Of a stretch of DNA of 39,550 bases, positions 34,841-39,550 are shown piece by piece (the first letter of the stretch is position 1; the number at the start of each line of letters is the position of its first letter). The notes beneath the pieces are model-generated. The model was given only the letters and a program-made list of their open reading frames with translations, was not told the origin of the DNA and made no database searches. The translations under genes were made by a program, and so were the position numbers. Location of the stretch: positions 1 through 39,550 of the forward strand of contig BDIP01000037.1 in the NCBI GenBank assembly GCA_003568945.1. The letters run 5' to 3'. The stretch is from Kipferlia bialata. Taxonomy: Eukaryota.

Positions 34841-37800
34841 ATCTCCAGTGTACTATAGTTGGGCCCATGTCCTCTACTTACCCCTAGGCCATGGCTGGTG
34901 GACCCCCTTCCTGAGGGCCACTTCCCTGAGCTGTATGTGGTGGGTCTGCAGGAGGTGGATCTCTCAGGTGCATAGCCTCCAATTACTCTCTGCATATGTA
35001 AATACACTCACAGTGCACTACCCCCCTCACCCCCCAGCTGCGGGTGTCATGCTGGGTGACACCAACAAGGCAGGGCCATGGAGGCTGGGGATCGACAAGG
35101 TGGGGAATGCTCTCTCTCTCTATATATATATATGTGTGTGTATCTATCTATGTATGTATATGTATACATATAGGCTGGGCATAGACAAGGTGGGTGTGGC
35201 TCTCTCTCTCTCTTTCTGAGATTCTCTACTGAGTCTCTGTGTCTGTATCCCCCCCAATGGTATTCTTTTTCTCTCTTCTCTCTCTCCCTCCCACCCCAGG
35301 CCCTGACAGATGTGGCTGAGGGTGTGTCATACACAAGGCTGGCAGACAGGTATGGGGGAGAGTGAAGACAGGGACCGGTATTACCAGAAAGAGTCCACAG
35401 TACTCACTACTACATAGACTTTCCATTACCCCCAGGCAACTTGCCGGCATATACCTGTCTGTGTATGTGCGGTGTGATGTTAGAGACTTAGTTAGGGGTG
35501 TCATGGTCAGGAGCATAGGGACAGGGCTCATGGGGGTCATGGGGAACAAGGTGGGGGGGAGCGTATGGTGGCTCTTACAATTAGTGTTTAGTATATAGGG
35601 ATCGTACCATTCCCTCCCCTCCCCTCACCCCAGGGCGCCGTGACAGTGTCCCTCATATTCAGACACTCCAGGATGGTGTTTGTCAACAGTCACCTGGCAG
35701 CCAGGACTAGCAACGTGGCCAGGTACAGGGGCTTGTCTACCACTACTACACACCCTACTGAAGTTGTCCCCAGTTCAATGTATATTGTAGACATATACCC
35801 GATAACCCCAGGCGCAACAAGGACTATGCCGACATTGTGTCCAGGGTCATGTTCCCATCACCCAGGACACACATTGTGTCAGGTACATACAGTCACTGTG
35901 TATAGTATACAGCTCTACCCGTTCCCCCCTCACCCCAGGGCGTGTCATCCCCACTGCCCACACACCCAGCCCTGGCCCTGTGGACAGTAGGCCCACCCAC
36001 TACGAGGGGGATGGGCTGTCTATAGTGGAGGAGGGGGAGGGGGAGGGGGAGAGAGAGAGGGAGACCGTCAACAGCGGCACCCCCAACCTCTCGCTCTACC
36101 ACACCTGCCAGACCTGGGAGTCTCTCTTCATGGGGCACGACTACTGCGTGTGGCTAGGTATCTATTCTTACTCGATTACCAGTGTCTTATCAACTCGATA
36201 GCTCACCCCTCAGGTGACCTCAACTACCGCATCACCCCTGTCTTCACCTATGAGGAGACGGTGGAGATGGCTACCTCTAACAAGCTGGCAGAGCTGCTCG
36301 AACACGACCAGGTACTCAGCTGCTCTGTCTAACTCATGACAATTTCATTGACTATCCCTCTTGTAGTCTCACCCCCAGCTCCTGATTGAGCATGCTGCCA
36401 AGCGTGTCTTCCACTCCTTTGTAGAGCCCCCCATCTCATTCAGACCCACATACAAGTTCACACCCGGCACCAACACGTGAGTGTGTGTAGTATCCTTAGT
36501 GTGCTTCAATAACATACTAACAAACCACACTGTATATATATCCACTCTCACCCCCAGCTATGCCCCCCCTCTCGAGGACAAGGTCAGGCCCCCGGCATGG
36601 TGCGACAGAATACTAGGTGTGTGTGCTGTACCAATATATACGTATATAGTGACAGTTCATCTAACACGTTCCCATACTCACTCTCTCTGACTCTCCAGTG
36701 CGTGTGCTTCAGGACCCCGAACCCTTCGTGTCCTATCTGGAGGGCCAGGCCACTCCACCCCCTGTCTCCCCCTGCTCTGCTGCCATTGGTCAGTACCACT
36801 CGCTGGAGTCACCATCCCTGGCCATCAGGCATGAGTGTGCATACTCTCTCTGTTCTGTTTTATCTTACTATATCTGACATCCATTCCCCCCCACCCTCCC
36901 TCCGCACCCTCACCCTCACCCCCCAGTGACCACATGCCTGTCTTCTGCACCATGACGCTGGCTGTCAAGAGTGTCGACAAGGGTACGGGGTGTGTATGTA
37001 TGAGTGTGTCTGTTAGTATATACTAAGAGTTCTATCCATGCCCTCCCTGACCCCCAGCCAGGAGAGAGAGTGTGAAGGAGCACGTGCAGAGAGAACTAGA
37101 CAGGGTGGCCAACGACATGATTCCCAAGGTATGTGTACACGTGCTCTCTCTCTCTCTATGTCTCTCTCTCTATGTGTAGTGTCTGACCCCCAGGTTGAAG
37201 TCTCTCCCACCGACCACTCCCTTGACTTTGGACTCATCGGTATGTTGTATATATCTCTCTCTTTCTCTATTGCTATCTATTTGTCTGGTTGGTGAGTGTG
37301 TGTTACCCGGTTGACTTTATACTGTTCTTTCCCACCCTTCCTCTCCTTCACCCTAGGTTTTGGTGGGTCCGTCACCCGCAGCCTCACTCTCACCAATGTC
37401 GGAAAGGTACTTGTAGCTGTTTGTTACTCTTATCTTTGCAATGTATTGCCAATGTGTTTATATCTATTGGTTATTCTAACCCCCTAGGTAGCAGTGGCCT
37501 TTGGGTTCAAGCCCCTCCTTGGTGCCTCTGCTGTATGTCCCCCCTGGGTGTCCATAGAGTGTCCCAGCAGAGTGCTGGCCATGGGCAAGTCGGCAGAGAT
37601 CAAGTGAGTGGATTAGGGTTGGATATAGAGTGATATGTATATGTGTAGTTCCCCTCTCCCACCCTCATATCAGGATCACCATGCAGGGCACACCTCGTGC
37701 AGCCCAGATACTGAACCAGGTATGCTCTCTGTCTCTAACACAGAGATATGTATATCTACGTGTCCCTCTCTTCCTCACCCCCAGGGCCACTCGATGGACT

Positions 37801-39202
37801 GTCTACTCCTATTGAGTGTCACCTCTCTGGCATCATCGAATGGCCCAGACAAGTACATATCTCTGTCCGGTTCTTGGAAGACATCAGTCTTTGGGGCACA
37901 TTTGGAGAGGGTCGTCAGGTGGGGTTGCATGGAATAGTGTACATATATGTCACTAATATGTGTAGTGCTTACACTCAGGCTTGAGACCCCCATTCTGGAG
38001 GCAGGCCCCCTTCCCCCAGAGTGTGTGGATGCACCAGCCCTGAAGGTGGGGGGCATGGGTGTGTGTGTCTCGTACGTTCTATCTCTTCACCTGACCCCTA
38101 GGTCTGCGTGGCTGATTCTGCCAGCCCAGTCCCACCTCTCAAGATGGAAGGTAACGCGGAGTGTATATATGAATATACCACTCTTCTACTCTTCCCTACT
38201 ACACTCTCATCCCTCTTTGCAAACACATCCACCTTACCCCAGCCTTCCCCGCCTCCCCCATAAGAACTGTGCCTGCTGAGCTGTGGAGACTGATTGACCT
38301 TCTCGAGGCAGCAGCCTGCGGCGAGTATGACAGGATATACGAGGTATGGTTGTAGTGTAGTTCATGCGACTGGTCTTGGTATTTGTGTCACGAGATAGAT
38401 GTGTTGTCCTGACCCCCAGGTTGCAGGCAATGAGTCCGATGACGCCCTGATCAGAGAGTGTCTGGACACAGGTACTAGTAGAGTGTCTCTATACATCATG
38501 TACTATTACACACTCTGAGTATCACTCACCCTCAGGCTCCCCCCTGCCCTCAGTGTGGCAGATAGGCAGGGCAAGAGGGACGTCCAGCACCACTAGGGTC
38601 AAGAGAGACCTTGAGAGAGAGGGGGTTGCCAAGGGAGAGACTGGGTCTATGGAGGTGTCCATAGACAGTGTGGCTGGGTGTGTGCTGCAGCTGCTGTCCT
38701 CGCTCCCTGTCCCTGTCGTGCCATCTTACTCAGCCGCTATGCTGGCCAGAACACACTCCCAGGTATAGTTTCTCTCTATACATATACATTATCATTTACA
38801 TGTCGTGTTCCCATGAGCCACTGTAAGTACATTAGTTGTACCTGACCCCCAGGCCATGTCTGTTGTGTCTTCCATGCCGGCCTCCAATGTCAATGTGCTG
38901 GTGTACGTGCTGAGCCACGTAGAGAGGTGAGACCATGTGGAATATATCCCCATTCACTGTCACCCCTCTAACCCTAGGCTACTCCAGTCCAGTAGGGCCA
39001 ACCACTGGAGTAGGGAGGGTCTGTGTGCTCTGTTTGGAGGGTGCCTGATGCGTCCTCCTGCTGGGTCACCCCGGTACGGAGATAACCTTCATATACTAAC
39101 CTGTGTTGTGATACTTACCATGATGTCTATATTCTCACCAGCAGACTTGTTGATAGAGAGGCACAGTTTTTGATGCTTCTTATGCCGTCCCAACGTGTTT
39201 AG
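34553..39202 (+). CDS. OCRL: OCRL/INPP5B-type inositol polyphosphate 5-phosphatase with ASH and RhoGAP-like domains
   Basis: Spliced motifs: SWNVN, VVGLQEVD, GTGLMGVMGNKGAV, FVNSHLAA, WLGDLNYRI, EHDQL, FRPTYKF, PAWCDRIL, SDHMPV. ASH region LDFG..LTLTNVGK..PPW; RhoGAP-like region VPAELWRLID..IRECLDT..LLSSLPVPVVP..LFGGCLMRPP. Stop TAG at 39200-39202. Confidence 0.92.
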
Positions 39203-39308
39203 TTAGGGGATGGTGCCATGTACCAATAGAGGGCAAGGAGGTTGACTATGTGTATGCACTATGATGATAGCTGTCCAGTGGTCTAGATTACAATAGTTGA
39301 TACTCCCG

Positions 39309-39511
39309 TCACCGTAGCTCAGACAATGACGATGATGATAAGGGGTGAATGTCTATGACGGTTTGGTTATAGTACTTATATTGCAGTGGTCTAAGAATGG
39401 CGTACATACACTGGTAGACAGGTATAACTATGTAGATTGTAGTGGGGGTCTAGTGCACTCTCATTTACCAATTGGGACCACATCACCGTAGCTCAGATGA
39501 CGATGACGATA
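39309..39511. repeat. Imperfect direct repeat of about 30 nt, 174 nt apart
   Basis: TCACCGTAGCTCAGAcaATGACGATGATGATA (39309-39340) versus TCACCGTAGCTCAGATGACGATGACGATA (39483-39511). Confidence 0.75.
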
Positions 39512-39550
39512 GGTAGTATATCAATTGATCAGACAGGTCCGTGGTGTTCA

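Noticed and set aside
38242..38470. OCRL RhoGAP-like domain lacks the catalytic Arg (IYEVAG)
   Set aside because: An inactive RhoGAP domain is the established state for OCRL/INPP5B proteins, so it is not novel.
2175..39202. FYVE, VPS13 and OCRL as a phosphoinositide/endomembrane gene cluster
   Set aside because: They are interspersed with unrelated genes on both strands; co-location is plausibly chance without synteny data.
1..39550. CRISPR array, transposase/RT genes, or stop-codon reassignment
   Set aside because: No regularly spaced repeat-spacer units and no transposase or RT motifs were seen. In-frame stops in conserved genes are explained by introns, and TAG and TGA both serve as terminators.

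Overview
Intron-rich eukaryotic genomic DNA with many short GT-AG introns whose branch point (CTCAC/CTGAC/CTAAC) sits only a few nt before the 3' AG. This style suggests a free-living fornicate or metamonad protist (Kipferlia-like); the taxon is inferred, not verified. Genes reconstructed by hand across introns: a FYVE protein (-), a CH-like/coiled-coil protein joined in frame to a multi-pass membrane domain (+), VPS13 (+), a CS/p23-like domain joined to a divergent ALG12-like GT22 mannosyltransferase (-, 5' end in an N gap), a divergent TBP with a large charged insertion (+), a bacterial-type single-domain RNase III with degenerate catalytic residues (-), and an OCRL/INPP5B-type 5-phosphatase (+). 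The most striking signal lies just downstream of the RNase III-like gene: a 53-position ungapped fold-back whose wobble pattern favours the RNase III strand, next to a chain of abutting palindromes. All family calls come from remembered motifs, not database searches, and exon boundaries are manual predictions.
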